From an uncultured Alphaproteobacteria bacterium (GTDB taxonomy: Bacteria > Pseudomonadota > Alphaproteobacteria > RF32 > CAG-239), in contig CAKQKH010000002.1 of assembly GCA_934248075.1 (NCBI GenBank), positions 47,224 to 111,223 on the forward strand: 64,000 nt of DNA, given 5' to 3'. The notes under the pieces are model-generated. The model was given only the letters and a program-made list of their open reading frames with translations. It was not told the DNA's origin and searched no databases. Within the stretch, counting starts at the first letter, position 1. Each line of letters starts with the position of its first letter. This document shows, in pieces, positions 52,395-61,524 of this stretch. Both the position numbers and the translations under genes were made by a program.

Positions 52395-52664
52395 ATGGAG
52401 AATAAAAAAATTGAATTGCCGCAGACAATTCAGGCTTTGGCTGAACTGAGCGCCACCACAGCCGCATTGACTGCTGCTCTCAAAACCAAACAAGAAGAAC
52501 TCCGCATCCGTCTGGCCGCAGACAATCTGGCTTTGGCGCAAAAGGAACAATCTTTGACAGACTTGCAAAAGCAAGCCGCTGCAACTCTGCAAGGAATTGA
52601 CGGTATAATTTCTCAAATAGACAATGTATTGGAAAACAATGGCACAGGTAACGATAACAATTAA
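52395..52664 (+). CDS. Coiled-coil protein (DUF4164-like) upstream of zapA
   Basis: Heptad-rich 89-aa ORF. Its placement matches alphaproteobacterial zapA loci. Confidence 0.5.
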   Translation: MENKKIELPQTIQALAELSATTAALTAALKTKQEELRIRLAADNLALAQKEQSLTDLQKQAAATLQGIDGIISQIDNVLENNGTGNDNN

Positions 52665-52977
52665 TTCACGCGAGTACGCCGTCGCCTGCGAGGACGGTCA
52701 AGAATTGCGCATTATTCAGCTGGCAAAAATTTTAGATGAAAAAGCCAAGGCCTTGACCGGCGGCAGTCAGCAAGTTAACGAATGTATGCTGCTGGCAATG
52801 GTTGGTTTGGTGCTGGCAGATGAGCTGAGCGAGCTCAAAAAAGGCGCGCCGGCAGCCGCTACGACAACCGATAACTTGACGAATCTGCTGAGACCGATTG
52901 ACGAGAATCTGGCCGGACAAATAAAATCTTTGAACAATGAGTTGAATTTGCTTGCATCAGAATTAAATTCATTGTAG
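52639..52977 (+). CDS. zapA: Cell division protein ZapA
   Basis: VTITINSREYAVACEDGQELRIIQLAKILDEK matches the ZapA N-terminus. Confidence 0.75.
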   Translation: MAQVTITINSREYAVACEDGQELRIIQLAKILDEKAKALTGGSQQVNECMLLAMVGLVLADELSELKKGAPAAATTTDNLTNLLRPIDENLAGQIKSLNNELNLLASELNSL

Positions 52978-52984
52978 CCTAAAA

Positions 52985-53180
52985 GTATAGAAACTGCGTA
53001 GTGCGTATTTCCGCAGATCTTCCGAGCCAACATATTTTTATAGGGAGCTGTTCCTGAATAAATCGTGGTTTATTTATACGGCACCCACCTGATCGCAAGC
53101 GGTTCGATAAGAATGTATCCATACGGCTAAATGGTTTCACTTTTATAAACCTCGTTGACTTCAACGAGGTTTTCTTTTAT
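52985..53180 (+). ncRNA. ssrS: Candidate 6S RNA (ssrS)
   Basis: A 240-nt non-coding gap immediately downstream of zapA, which is the conserved position of ssrS in proteobacteria. It ends in a strong terminator. The 5' and 3' segments show partial complementarity. Ends were not determined. Confidence 0.3.
53146..53178 (+). terminator. Rho-independent terminator
   Basis: Stem ctcgttga / tcaacgag followed by ttttctttt. Confidence 0.8.
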
Positions 53181-53215
53181 GTTGAGGGCAGATTCACTTT
53201 GCAAAGGAAACAATC

Positions 53216-53998
53216 TTGCGGATTATATATACCGGCGATATGGTCGGGCGCCCAGGAAGGGAAGCCGTTTTTAACAATATTGCCAAACTTAGAGAACTTT
53301 ATAATTTTGACGCGCTGATCACTAATACGGACAACGCCGCTCATGGTTTTGGCGTAACCCCCGGAATTTGCCGCGACCTTTTGGAAAAAGGCGTAACTGC
53401 AATTGTTACCGGCGACCATGTTTGGAATCAGCGCGAAATTATACCCTTTTTAGATGAGTGCAAACAAATTGTGCGGCCGCTGAATTATCCGGACAATTTG
53501 CCGGGGTGCGGCGCCAGAGAAATCGAGCTGGTAAACGGTAAAAAAATTGTGGTGGCCGAGGTAGTCGGGCGGTTGTTTATGGAGGCAGTGGATTGTCCGG
53601 CGCAAGCGATGGATAAACTGCTGAAAACCTACACACTGGGGCGCAATGTTAACGCGATTTTTGTAGATATTCACGCCGAAGCTACCGCTGAAAAAATTGC
53701 TTTCGGACATTATCTTGACGGTCGGGTTTCCGCCGTTATCGGCTCTCACACCCATGTTCCGACCAGCGACGCAATGATTCTGCCCAAAGGTACCGCCTAT
53801 CAGACCGACGCCGGCATGTGCGGCGATTACAGCGGAGTTATCGGATTTGATATTCAGGCGCCGATTGATAGGCTCTGCCGCCGTTATACCGGCAGCAAAC
53901 TGGTTCCGCTTAATGGAATCGGCACTTTGTTTGGCACGTTTATCGAAACTGATGACAAGACCGGATTGGCAACCAAGATTGAACAGATAAAGATATAA
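53216..53998 (+). CDS. YmdB-like (TIGR00282) metallophosphoesterase
   Basis: MRIIYTGDMVGRPGR N-terminus. TTG start with SD aagga. Confidence 0.8.
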   Translation: MRIIYTGDMVGRPGREAVFNNIAKLRELYNFDALITNTDNAAHGFGVTPGICRDLLEKGVTAIVTGDHVWNQREIIPFLDECKQIVRPLNYPDNLPGCGAREIELVNGKKIVVAEVVGRLFMEAVDCPAQAMDKLLKTYTLGRNVNAIFVDIHAEATAEKIAFGHYLDGRVSAVIGSHTHVPTSDAMILPKGTAYQTDAGMCGDYSGVIGFDIQAPIDRLCRRYTGSKLVPLNGIGTLFGTFIETDDKTGLATKIEQIKI

Positions 53999-53999
53999 A

Positions 54000-54038
54000 A
54001 AAAAACAAAAAGCTCCGCATTTGCGGAGCTTTAATTTT
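54000..54038. terminator. Bidirectional terminator
   Basis: Stem agctccgca / tgcggagct with A-rich 5' and T-rich 3' flanks. Confidence 0.75.
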
Positions 54039-54050
54039 ACTTTTGACAGC

Positions 54051-54791
54051 TTACTTTTTGCCGGCTGTTTTGATGACCTCGACATATATTTTGTTGTTTT
54101 GGTCAATAAACACTACTCTTACAAAAGATATGGTTCCCACTTGCGGGAAATAACCGCTTCGCAGTTCCACCATATCTTCTCGGCTAAGTTTGGCACAGCG
54201 GTCAGATGTGACCTCGACGCTATAAACCTTGCCGAGGCGAGCTTTTCCGCGAACCTTGCGAGACCCCTGAGCAACAACCTCATTTATTTTCTGCTCGCTC
54301 CATGGGATCATCAGATTTGCTTCTGATGGATCTGCCGGTTCCGGTATCCAGACCTTGGCGGCGGAAAGCATCTGATCTGCCATCGGTTTTAAGCCGACAA
54401 CCATAACCGTCTGCCCGTCCTTGATGCCTTTTAATTCTTCAGGCATACCCTTAGGAGCATAGGTAACATAGCCGCCGGTTTCCAATTCAAGAGCCAAACC
54501 GACCGGAGTGACGAACAAAACTCTGGCTTTTTGCGGGAGCTTTGCCAATTTCCATTCAGGAGTAGGCTCAAAAACAGGCTGTCCGTCTTTAATGCTAATG
54601 ATTTTGGCGGTAATAGTCGTTCCTTGCGGAAGATCAAGATCATCGGCCAAGATTCCGAAGCATCCGCCATCGCTTTTTACCTTTTTCTCAAGCGGATCTG
54701 TACTTGGAATAATGAGGACATTCATTTCTGCGCCAATCGGTAACAGGTGCGTAAACATTCTCTGCACCTGCAATGGTGATTTTGTTTCCAT
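54051..54791 (-). CDS. Hypothetical protein (246 aa) at the distal end of the flagellar operon
   Basis: Long ORF that is not classifiable by eye. Confidence 0.5.
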   Translation of the reverse strand: METKSPLQVQRMFTHLLPIGAEMNVLIIPSTDPLEKKVKSDGGCFGILADDLDLPQGTTITAKIISIKDGQPVFEPTPEWKLAKLPQKARVLFVTPVGLALELETGGYVTYAPKGMPEELKGIKDGQTVMVVGLKPMADQMLSAAKVWIPEPADPSEANLMIPWSEQKINEVVAQGSRKVRGKARLGKVYSVEVTSDRCAKLSREDMVELRSGYFPQVGTISFVRVVFIDQNNKIYVEVIKTAGKK

Positions 54792-54924
54792 ATTCTATGT
54801 ATTTTTTAAGTTTAACTTTTCAGCCCCGAGAGGGATATTACAACAATACCCATAATAATAGCTGACTGTTTTGAGTCTATAACATAGAAACAGCTATAAA
54901 TCAAGCACAAAATTTGACAAAAAA

Positions 54925-56055
54925 TCATTTTTGGAAAATTTGGCTTCCATAAGGAATTTCGGCGCCAATTCCTTGACTTAGAACATCTGTCCGGACGAAT
55001 CCCATCTCGCCGTTATCTATCATAATGCGCGACCAAACTCCGTCTGGACTGCGACCGGTTAGCCGCACCGTCGTCTTGGCCGGCAGCTCTTTAAGAACAT
55101 CAAAGTCATCTCCGGGAGCATACATTATCAAAGCCGAAGATTTAAGATGATAGAGTTTGGACATATCATTTTTGTCCACTGGAATATTAAGAATTTTACC
55201 GACTACCACATCATCGACACTCTGACCTTTGGCACCAAAATTAACCTCTTGGTAGTAGTTGATTTCCTGCTTTTTGCTAAACCAACTCCAAAGCTCGCTT
55301 TCAGTAACATAACCGCTGCCGGCCGGCAGCAATGCCGCCAGCGCCAACATAAGAGGAACAACCAATTGCACGGCCTTTAGCCCCAACAAATTCCAGACTT
55401 TAGGTTTGGCAACCCACAAATTTTGCCGCTGAATAAAATTCTGCAACAGATCCTGTCCGTGTTTATCAGCGTAAGCAAGAGCATTGACGGCGCAAGCCAC
55501 CGCCAACTGCGGTTGTTTGAGCTGTTGATAAGCCACCACGTTATGCACCAAAATTCGCAGACTCTCAGTCTCTGATATTGGCTGCCGCCAGTCCGCCGAC
55601 AAAGCCTGAATATTTTTGATAAAAGCTTGCGGGTGCCACCAGCCCAGAAGCCAGTTGAGAGCGGCATTTTTGCATCTGGCCCAAAGCGCCGATTTGTAAG
55701 CATAGGTGCCAAGAACAGTCTTATATTTATATTTCCACAGCCAACCACGCACCATGTGTAAATTTAGGGCGCGGATATCGGAGTTGCCATCAACATAGGG
55801 GCGAATATTTTCCAGATCCGGATAGTTCGAGGCATTATACACCAGCGACAACAAATCATATTGCTGACGGCGCTCTTCGTTTTCCAACACTTCCCATGCT
55901 TCCGACAGCTTTTGAAACTTTTCCATAGCTTCAGGCGCGGTGTTGCGATCAGGATGCCAAAATTTGGCCAAATCGCGATAGCTGCTCTTTATTACGGCAA
56001 CATCGGCATCTTCACAAACTTCCAACAGCCGATAATATCCCAATGCGTCAGACAT
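54925..56055 (-). CDS. J-domain (DnaJ-like) membrane protein
   Basis: N-terminal J-domain YYRLLEV...IKSSYRDLAKFWHPDRN (HPD motif) with hydrophobic C-terminal segments. Start at ATG 56055 with SD gggag. Confidence 0.65.
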   Translation of the reverse strand: MSDALGYYRLLEVCEDADVAVIKSSYRDLAKFWHPDRNTAPEAMEKFQKLSEAWEVLENEERRQQYDLLSLVYNASNYPDLENIRPYVDGNSDIRALNLHMVRGWLWKYKYKTVLGTYAYKSALWARCKNAALNWLLGWWHPQAFIKNIQALSADWRQPISETESLRILVHNVVAYQQLKQPQLAVACAVNALAYADKHGQDLLQNFIQRQNLWVAKPKVWNLLGLKAVQLVVPLMLALAALLPAGSGYVTESELWSWFSKKQEINYYQEVNFGAKGQSVDDVVVGKILNIPVDKNDMSKLYHLKSSALIMYAPGDDFDVLKELPAKTTVRLTGRSPDGVWSRIMIDNGEMGFVRTDVLSQGIGAEIPYGSQIFQK

Positions 56056-57634
56056 AAACTCCCTCTCTCGGCGTATCAGCCGGCTCAACCTTAATAAAAG
56101 CCTCGTGCTGATTTATTTTAATGGTTCCAACATAGCCGACATCATACAAAGATTTTTTAAACAAATTGATAATATGGGAACAAAAATCTTGCTGATGATT
56201 TCGATCGGTGCGGATAATCAAATCAAACCGCCGCTCCGTTGCAACCGCAAAACCGTCAAACTGAAAAGCTCCAAGCTTGGAAAAAACGGTGTTAATCATA
56301 AAACGAGCGCCCTTTTCAGACTTTGACTTTTCAGATTCGCTTTCGGCATCTTTTTTGAGAGCAATTTGCAATGGCATAATCTGACCACCGTTAAAAAACG
56401 GAATATCGACCACCCGCCATAGCGGCGTTTCGCGCGCGGAATTGCTGACCAAACTTTCCAATTGGGCAATGGTTTCGGCGCCGCGCGGCGTGGAAGCGCC
56501 AATGTCTTTTATCAGCTCAGCCCCCAACCATTTGCCGGCATCATGTTTGAGCGCGGCCTTGTAAAAAGAATAAGTATTTGAAAGAATATCTGTTTTTAGC
56601 CCCGGAAACTTCTGTAACAGCTGAGACGCCAACCGAGGCGAACTTTGTTGCAAAGGTTCAAATATTCTCAATATTTGCAACAAGCTGTCATCTTGTCCTC
56701 GCAAATTTTGCAGCAATTGCGACGGCTGAATCCGCACAAAACCCTCATCAGGCAGAATTTTTGCCAAAGCCTCGGCAACTGTTTTTAACAGAGGAAACTC
56801 CGCTAGTTGTTTGTCGGCCGGTGTAGATTTAATCTCTAATTGCAAAGTTGTTTCAGGCGGCAATTTAATCGGTTGCTCGCTTAAAACGCGGCCTAACGGA
56901 GTATCAAACACGGCATATGTATTGGCTGCCAACAGCTCTGCGGCCGGTTTGGCATTAATAATTTTGCCGTCCAAATTTTTGATATCTTGCACCAAATTTT
57001 GCACTAACGGCGCCAACTGTTGCGGTTTGTCGGCCAGCGGCAACATTTGGCTCAAGGTTGTTTTTAGCGGTTGCAAAAGGTTTGCCGTTAGTTGCTCCGG
57101 CTGATCTATGCTTTTTAAGGCTACCAAAACCTCGGTTGGCGGCAAATTTTGCATTATGGTCTCTTGCAATCGGGGCGGAAAATCCAATTCGGACATTAAA
57201 TTATTTATCACCGGAGCAATTTTTAGCGGCTGAAAAGTTATGGGCGGCAAAGCCGTTGTGTTTTTTACCACCGGAGCAGCGGCAACCGGCGTATTGGTTG
57301 GCGGAAGCTGAGTTTTGAGCGGTTGCAACTGCAAAGAGCCGTCGCTCATAACTTTGGCGGAAAACTGACGCGCATCACCGATCTGTCCGTCAAGTCGCAA
57401 CGGCGCATTAAGCCGAACATTCAACGGCTGCGGCTCCCCCTGCTGTGGTTGCCAGAAGAGTTTAAATAAATCACCGTTTTTGAAAGTATTGGTAGTGGTG
57501 ATTATGGCATTAAGCAACAGTATATCGCCGGCTTTGAACTCCGGCGGCAGCTCTTCAGGCATTGCCGTCAGAGTTTTATCAGTCATTGAGACCGAAACTC
57601 CAGAAAGCAATGTTGAAGCAATGATATTATCCAT
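56048..57634 (-). CDS. Pro/Gln-rich protein, possibly a FliK-like hook-length control protein
   Basis: Low-complexity P/Q-rich body and a C-terminal block (GARFMINTVFSKLGAFQFDGFAV...) resembling the FliK C-terminal domain. It lies directly upstream of flhG, with 8-nt overlaps on both sides. Confidence 0.35.
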   Translation of the reverse strand: MDNIIASTLLSGVSVSMTDKTLTAMPEELPPEFKAGDILLLNAIITTTNTFKNGDLFKLFWQPQQGEPQPLNVRLNAPLRLDGQIGDARQFSAKVMSDGSLQLQPLKTQLPPTNTPVAAAPVVKNTTALPPITFQPLKIAPVINNLMSELDFPPRLQETIMQNLPPTEVLVALKSIDQPEQLTANLLQPLKTTLSQMLPLADKPQQLAPLVQNLVQDIKNLDGKIINAKPAAELLAANTYAVFDTPLGRVLSEQPIKLPPETTLQLEIKSTPADKQLAEFPLLKTVAEALAKILPDEGFVRIQPSQLLQNLRGQDDSLLQILRIFEPLQQSSPRLASQLLQKFPGLKTDILSNTYSFYKAALKHDAGKWLGAELIKDIGASTPRGAETIAQLESLVSNSARETPLWRVVDIPFFNGGQIMPLQIALKKDAESESEKSKSEKGARFMINTVFSKLGAFQFDGFAVATERRFDLIIRTDRNHQQDFCSHIINLFKKSLYDVGYVGTIKINQHEAFIKVEPADTPREGVYV

Positions 57635-58433
57635 TGGCCAGCAACCTCTTGGCTATTTGCAGCACATCTTCTGCCGCCTCAGAAGTCGGATAACGGCTGA
57701 TGATGGTGCTTTGATTGCGAATAGAATCTCTAACTCTGGTATCTCTGCGAATAATACCTAACAATGGTGGCGTAATTTTCAAGAAGTTGGCGCAGGCTTT
57801 GAGTAAAATATCATAGGTGCGCTGCCCCTCGCGTATAGAATTGGCCTGATTTACCACCACGCAAATGTTACTCTTGGGATATTGCATGGTCATTATTTTA
57901 ATAAACGCATAAGCATCAGTCAGCGACGTTGGCTCATCAGTGCAAACCACAATAATCCTGCCGGCCATACCTGACAAAATTCGCACCGGCTTCTCAACTC
58001 CGGCGCCCATATCTAAAAGCATTTTATCATATCCGGCAGAAATAGTACTCAAGTCCTCGCCGAGAATCTGCAGACGACCGACCGGCATAGAAGCCAAACC
58101 GGCGGAACCGGAGCGGCCGGCAATAACATCAAAATGCCCTTTATCATAAGTATGAATTATTTGATTAAGCGTCTTAGTTCCGGATATGACGCTCCCCAAA
58201 TCATACTTGGGCATCATTCCCAATTGGATATCAATATTGGCTAACCCCAAATCACCGTCAAACAACAACACGCGCTGACGATGCAGGCTCAAAGCATGCG
58301 CCAAAGTAATGGAAAACCAGGTTTTGCCTACGCCTCCTTTGCCTGAGGCGATAGCCACCATGTTGCGCCCTTTGCGAGGAGCGCGGATTAACGGAGCCTG
58401 GGGAGCTGTTTTTAATTCTTCCTGATTTTCCAT
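57627..58433 (-). CDS. flhG: Flagellar number regulator FlhG/FleN (MinD-like ATPase)
   Basis: Deviant Walker A SGKGGVGKT. It sits between flhF and the fliK-like gene. Confidence 0.75.
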   Translation of the reverse strand: MENQEELKTAPQAPLIRAPRKGRNMVAIASGKGGVGKTWFSITLAHALSLHRQRVLLFDGDLGLANIDIQLGMMPKYDLGSVISGTKTLNQIIHTYDKGHFDVIAGRSGSAGLASMPVGRLQILGEDLSTISAGYDKMLLDMGAGVEKPVRILSGMAGRIIVVCTDEPTSLTDAYAFIKIMTMQYPKSNICVVVNQANSIREGQRTYDILLKACANFLKITPPLLGIIRRDTRVRDSIRNQSTIISRYPTSEAAEDVLQIAKRLLANG

Positions 58434-58446
58434 AACAACCTCTCTT

Positions 58447-59400
58447 TTATCCTAAAATTAACCCTGCTAATGCTTGAGCGCCAACCGGAGCAAAACCGGC
58501 GGCAATAGATGAACTTACACTGGCGCCGCACAATGACATATCTAAGCTTCCGGCTATACTCAAAACGCTGCCAATCCGTCTGGTTAAATCCAATCTGGTC
58601 GGCATCAGCATGGTCGCGCCTAATTGTCTGAAAATCTCAGCCACCTCTATGGCTTCCAAAATATTGCGACCTGCATCGGCGGTAAGAACTTTATCCCCCT
58701 TAAAAGTATCGGCAAAGGCCGCTACTTTGTCAACTTCTTGAGGCATAAACGGATTTATCCCCGGCGTGTCTATAAACACTCGGTCATATTGTGGCGCATC
58801 TGCCTGCAAAAACCTGAATAAATCTTGCGGATTCTTAAAAAAGAAAAAGTCAACATTCAGAATCTCGGCGAAGGCTTTGAGCTGCTGATTGGCGCCGGCA
58901 CGCATATTATCGGTGCTGACAATTGCCGGATTTTGCCCATGAATTTTAGCCTGAGTAGCGGCTTTGGCAATAGCGGTAGATTTGCCCGACCCCGGTGTTC
59001 CCATAAACATTTGTAGCTTTTGAGCGCTGCTGAGCAACGGCGTAAACTTAAACACTTTGAGCAAAGCCTGAGCCAAAACCTCAATCTCTGACAAGCGCGA
59101 ATTTTGCCGCGCAACATCTCGGCAAGCCGACAAAATCGGATACTGAACCTCTTCTGTTAAACCATGATACGCCAAAGCTTGACGCAGTTTGGTTTCATCA
59201 AAAAATTGCTTGGTATCAATCTCATGTACCTGTTCTTCGGCATCAAAGCTAAAATCTTGTTTTTCATCAATCGCCGCCGTAACCAAAACACCTTCCGAGA
59301 TTTTTTCCTGCGACAGAATCACGGCGTCTGCGCCAAGCTCGCTTTTGATTTGCGCCATGGCCAAATTGATGTCGGGAGCAATGAAATTTTTAACTTTCAT
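58447..59400 (-). CDS. flhF: Flagellar biosynthesis GTPase FlhF
   Basis: SRP-type GTPase motifs GTPGSGKST and DTPG. Confidence 0.8.
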   Translation of the reverse strand: MKVKNFIAPDINLAMAQIKSELGADAVILSQEKISEGVLVTAAIDEKQDFSFDAEEQVHEIDTKQFFDETKLRQALAYHGLTEEVQYPILSACRDVARQNSRLSEIEVLAQALLKVFKFTPLLSSAQKLQMFMGTPGSGKSTAIAKAATQAKIHGQNPAIVSTDNMRAGANQQLKAFAEILNVDFFFFKNPQDLFRFLQADAPQYDRVFIDTPGINPFMPQEVDKVAAFADTFKGDKVLTADAGRNILEAIEVAEIFRQLGATMLMPTRLDLTRRIGSVLSIAGSLDMSLCGASVSSSIAAGFAPVGAQALAGLILG

Positions 59401-59403
59401 AGA

Positions 59404-61515
59404 CTAAATCTGCCCCACTGTCTTGATTTTGGCTTTGGGATGAATCTCATTTTGCGACATAACCACAGTCAAGGGGCGAAAACGCTCAATAATCGAACGG
59501 ACAAACGGGCGAATAGCCGGACTTGTGAGCAATACCGCGCTTTCGCCCTTAACCGCCAATTCCTCCAACACGGTGCGAACTTTGTTGATAAAAGCTTGCA
59601 AACTGGACGGCGCCATGGCCAGCTGGCGGTCATCACCCTCACCAACAACGGCTTCAGCAAACGCCTGTTCCCATTCCGGCGACAACGTTACCAGCGGGAT
59701 TACCCCGAATTCATTGGCATAGGCATTGGAAAGCTGGCGGCTCAGGCGAGCGCGAACATGCTCGGTAATCATCATCAGGCTGCGAGTGGTGGTAACCGCC
59801 TCGGAAATGCCCTCCAAAATAGTCGGCAAATCGCGAATGGAAACACGTTCCTGCAACAGATTTTGCAATACTCGCTGCAAAGCTCCCAAGCTGACCTTGT
59901 TGGGAATAAGCTCTTTGATGAGTTTTTGATGCTCTTTATCCAGCTCATCAAGCAATTTTTGGGTTTCGGCATAAGACAAAAGCTCAGGCATATTGTCTTT
60001 AACCAATTCGGTAATATGAGTAGTAACAACGGTGGCCGGATCAACCACGGTGTAGCCCCTGAACATCGCCTCTTCACGATAAGACGGATCAACCCACATT
60101 GCTTTGAGGCCGAAAGTCGGCTCATAAGTGCTTTCACCGGGCAAAGTTATCGGTTCACCGCGGGGATCCATTACCAATAGTTGGGTCGGACGCAATTCGC
60201 CTTTGCCGGATTTTACCTCTTTGATATAAATATTATACTCATTAGCCTCCAACTGCATATTATCTTGAATGCGAATCGAGGGCATAACAAAACCAAGCTC
60301 AGACGCCAGAGCGCGGCGCAAAGCCTTAATTTGATCGGTGAGTTTGCGATTGGTTTCCTCATTAATCAAGGGTAGCAAGCCATAGCCGATTTCCAGACGA
60401 ATCAAATCAACCCGCAAAGCATTGGCTATCGGTTCATCCGCGGCTTTGGCCAATTTGCCCTGTTTTTGCTCTTGCTCCATCACTGCTTGGGCTTGAGCTT
60501 GCATCTCTTTATGGCGCTTGTCTAAATAATAAGCCGTGGCGCCGGTCAGAGCCGCAAGCATAAAAAACGGAATGGCCGGAGTGCCGGGAATCATGCCCAG
60601 AGCCACCGCCAAGAAAGCACTCATACCCAGAGCCTTCGGATAGCCGGCAACCTGCTCAAACAAAACTTTGTCGGTAGAATCGGTCATACCGGCCTTAGAA
60701 ACCAAAATACCGGCGGCAACCGAAACAATCAAAGCCGGAACCTGACTGACCAAACCATCACCGACGGTCAATCGGGTATAAGTTTCTCCGGCTGAGGCAA
60801 ACGTCATATCATTTTGCACCATGCCAATGATAATACCGGCGACAATATTAATAAACGTGATAAGCAAACCAGCAATGGCATCTCCGCGCACAAACTTGGA
60901 GGCACCATCCATAGCTCCGTAAAAAGAACTTTCTTTTGACAGGTCTTCACGGCGTTTGCGAGCCTCATCTTCAGTAATCAAACCAGAGGACAAATCAGCG
61001 TCAATAGCCATTTGTTTGCCGGGCATGGCGTCCAAAGCAAAACGCGCCGCAACCTCGGCGATACGGCCGGAACCCTTGGTAATAACAATAAAGTTAACCA
61101 AAACCAAAATCGCAAAAACAATCACGCCGATAACGAAGTTATTGCCCATGATAAATCCGCCAAACGCCTTGATAACCTCACCGGCGGCATCGGGACCGAG
61201 ATAACCTCGGGAAAGAATCAAACGAGTGGAGGCCAGATTTAGAGCCAATCGATATAAGGTAGTAATCAGTAATACCAACGGAAAGGCGCTGAATTCAATA
61301 GGCTTTTCGATAAAAATCGCCATCATCAGCACCAAACAAGACATGGTGATTGATAAGGCTAATGACACGTCCAACAGCCAGGCCGGCATTGGCATAATCA
61401 AAATCATCAGCATCATGACAATGGCAAACGCAAACAGAATATCGCCGCGCTTGGTGGAGCCAATCAGCATATCCTTAAATGATTTTCCAAACATATTTGA
61501 ATTCGGACCAGCCAT
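59404..61515 (-). CDS. flhA: Flagellar export apparatus protein FlhA
   Basis: 703 aa with 8 TM helices. Conserved FHIPEP region. Confidence 0.95.
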   Translation of the reverse strand: MAGPNSNMFGKSFKDMLIGSTKRGDILFAFAIVMMLMILIMPMPAWLLDVSLALSITMSCLVLMMAIFIEKPIEFSAFPLVLLITTLYRLALNLASTRLILSRGYLGPDAAGEVIKAFGGFIMGNNFVIGVIVFAILVLVNFIVITKGSGRIAEVAARFALDAMPGKQMAIDADLSSGLITEDEARKRREDLSKESSFYGAMDGASKFVRGDAIAGLLITFINIVAGIIIGMVQNDMTFASAGETYTRLTVGDGLVSQVPALIVSVAAGILVSKAGMTDSTDKVLFEQVAGYPKALGMSAFLAVALGMIPGTPAIPFFMLAALTGATAYYLDKRHKEMQAQAQAVMEQEQKQGKLAKAADEPIANALRVDLIRLEIGYGLLPLINEETNRKLTDQIKALRRALASELGFVMPSIRIQDNMQLEANEYNIYIKEVKSGKGELRPTQLLVMDPRGEPITLPGESTYEPTFGLKAMWVDPSYREEAMFRGYTVVDPATVVTTHITELVKDNMPELLSYAETQKLLDELDKEHQKLIKELIPNKVSLGALQRVLQNLLQERVSIRDLPTILEGISEAVTTTRSLMMITEHVRARLSRQLSNAYANEFGVIPLVTLSPEWEQAFAEAVVGEGDDRQLAMAPSSLQAFINKVRTVLEELAVKGESAVLLTSPAIRPFVRSIIERFRPLTVVMSQNEIHPKAKIKTVGQI

Positions 61516-61524
61516 CTAAAAGTC

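Noticed and set aside
59164-60180. 338-aa plus-strand ORF
   Set aside because: It is antisense to flhA. The same reasoning applies to other antisense ORFs, including 5808-6425, 10968-11447, 16300-16689, 27048-27623, 28695-29360, 31222-31773 and 33143-33577.
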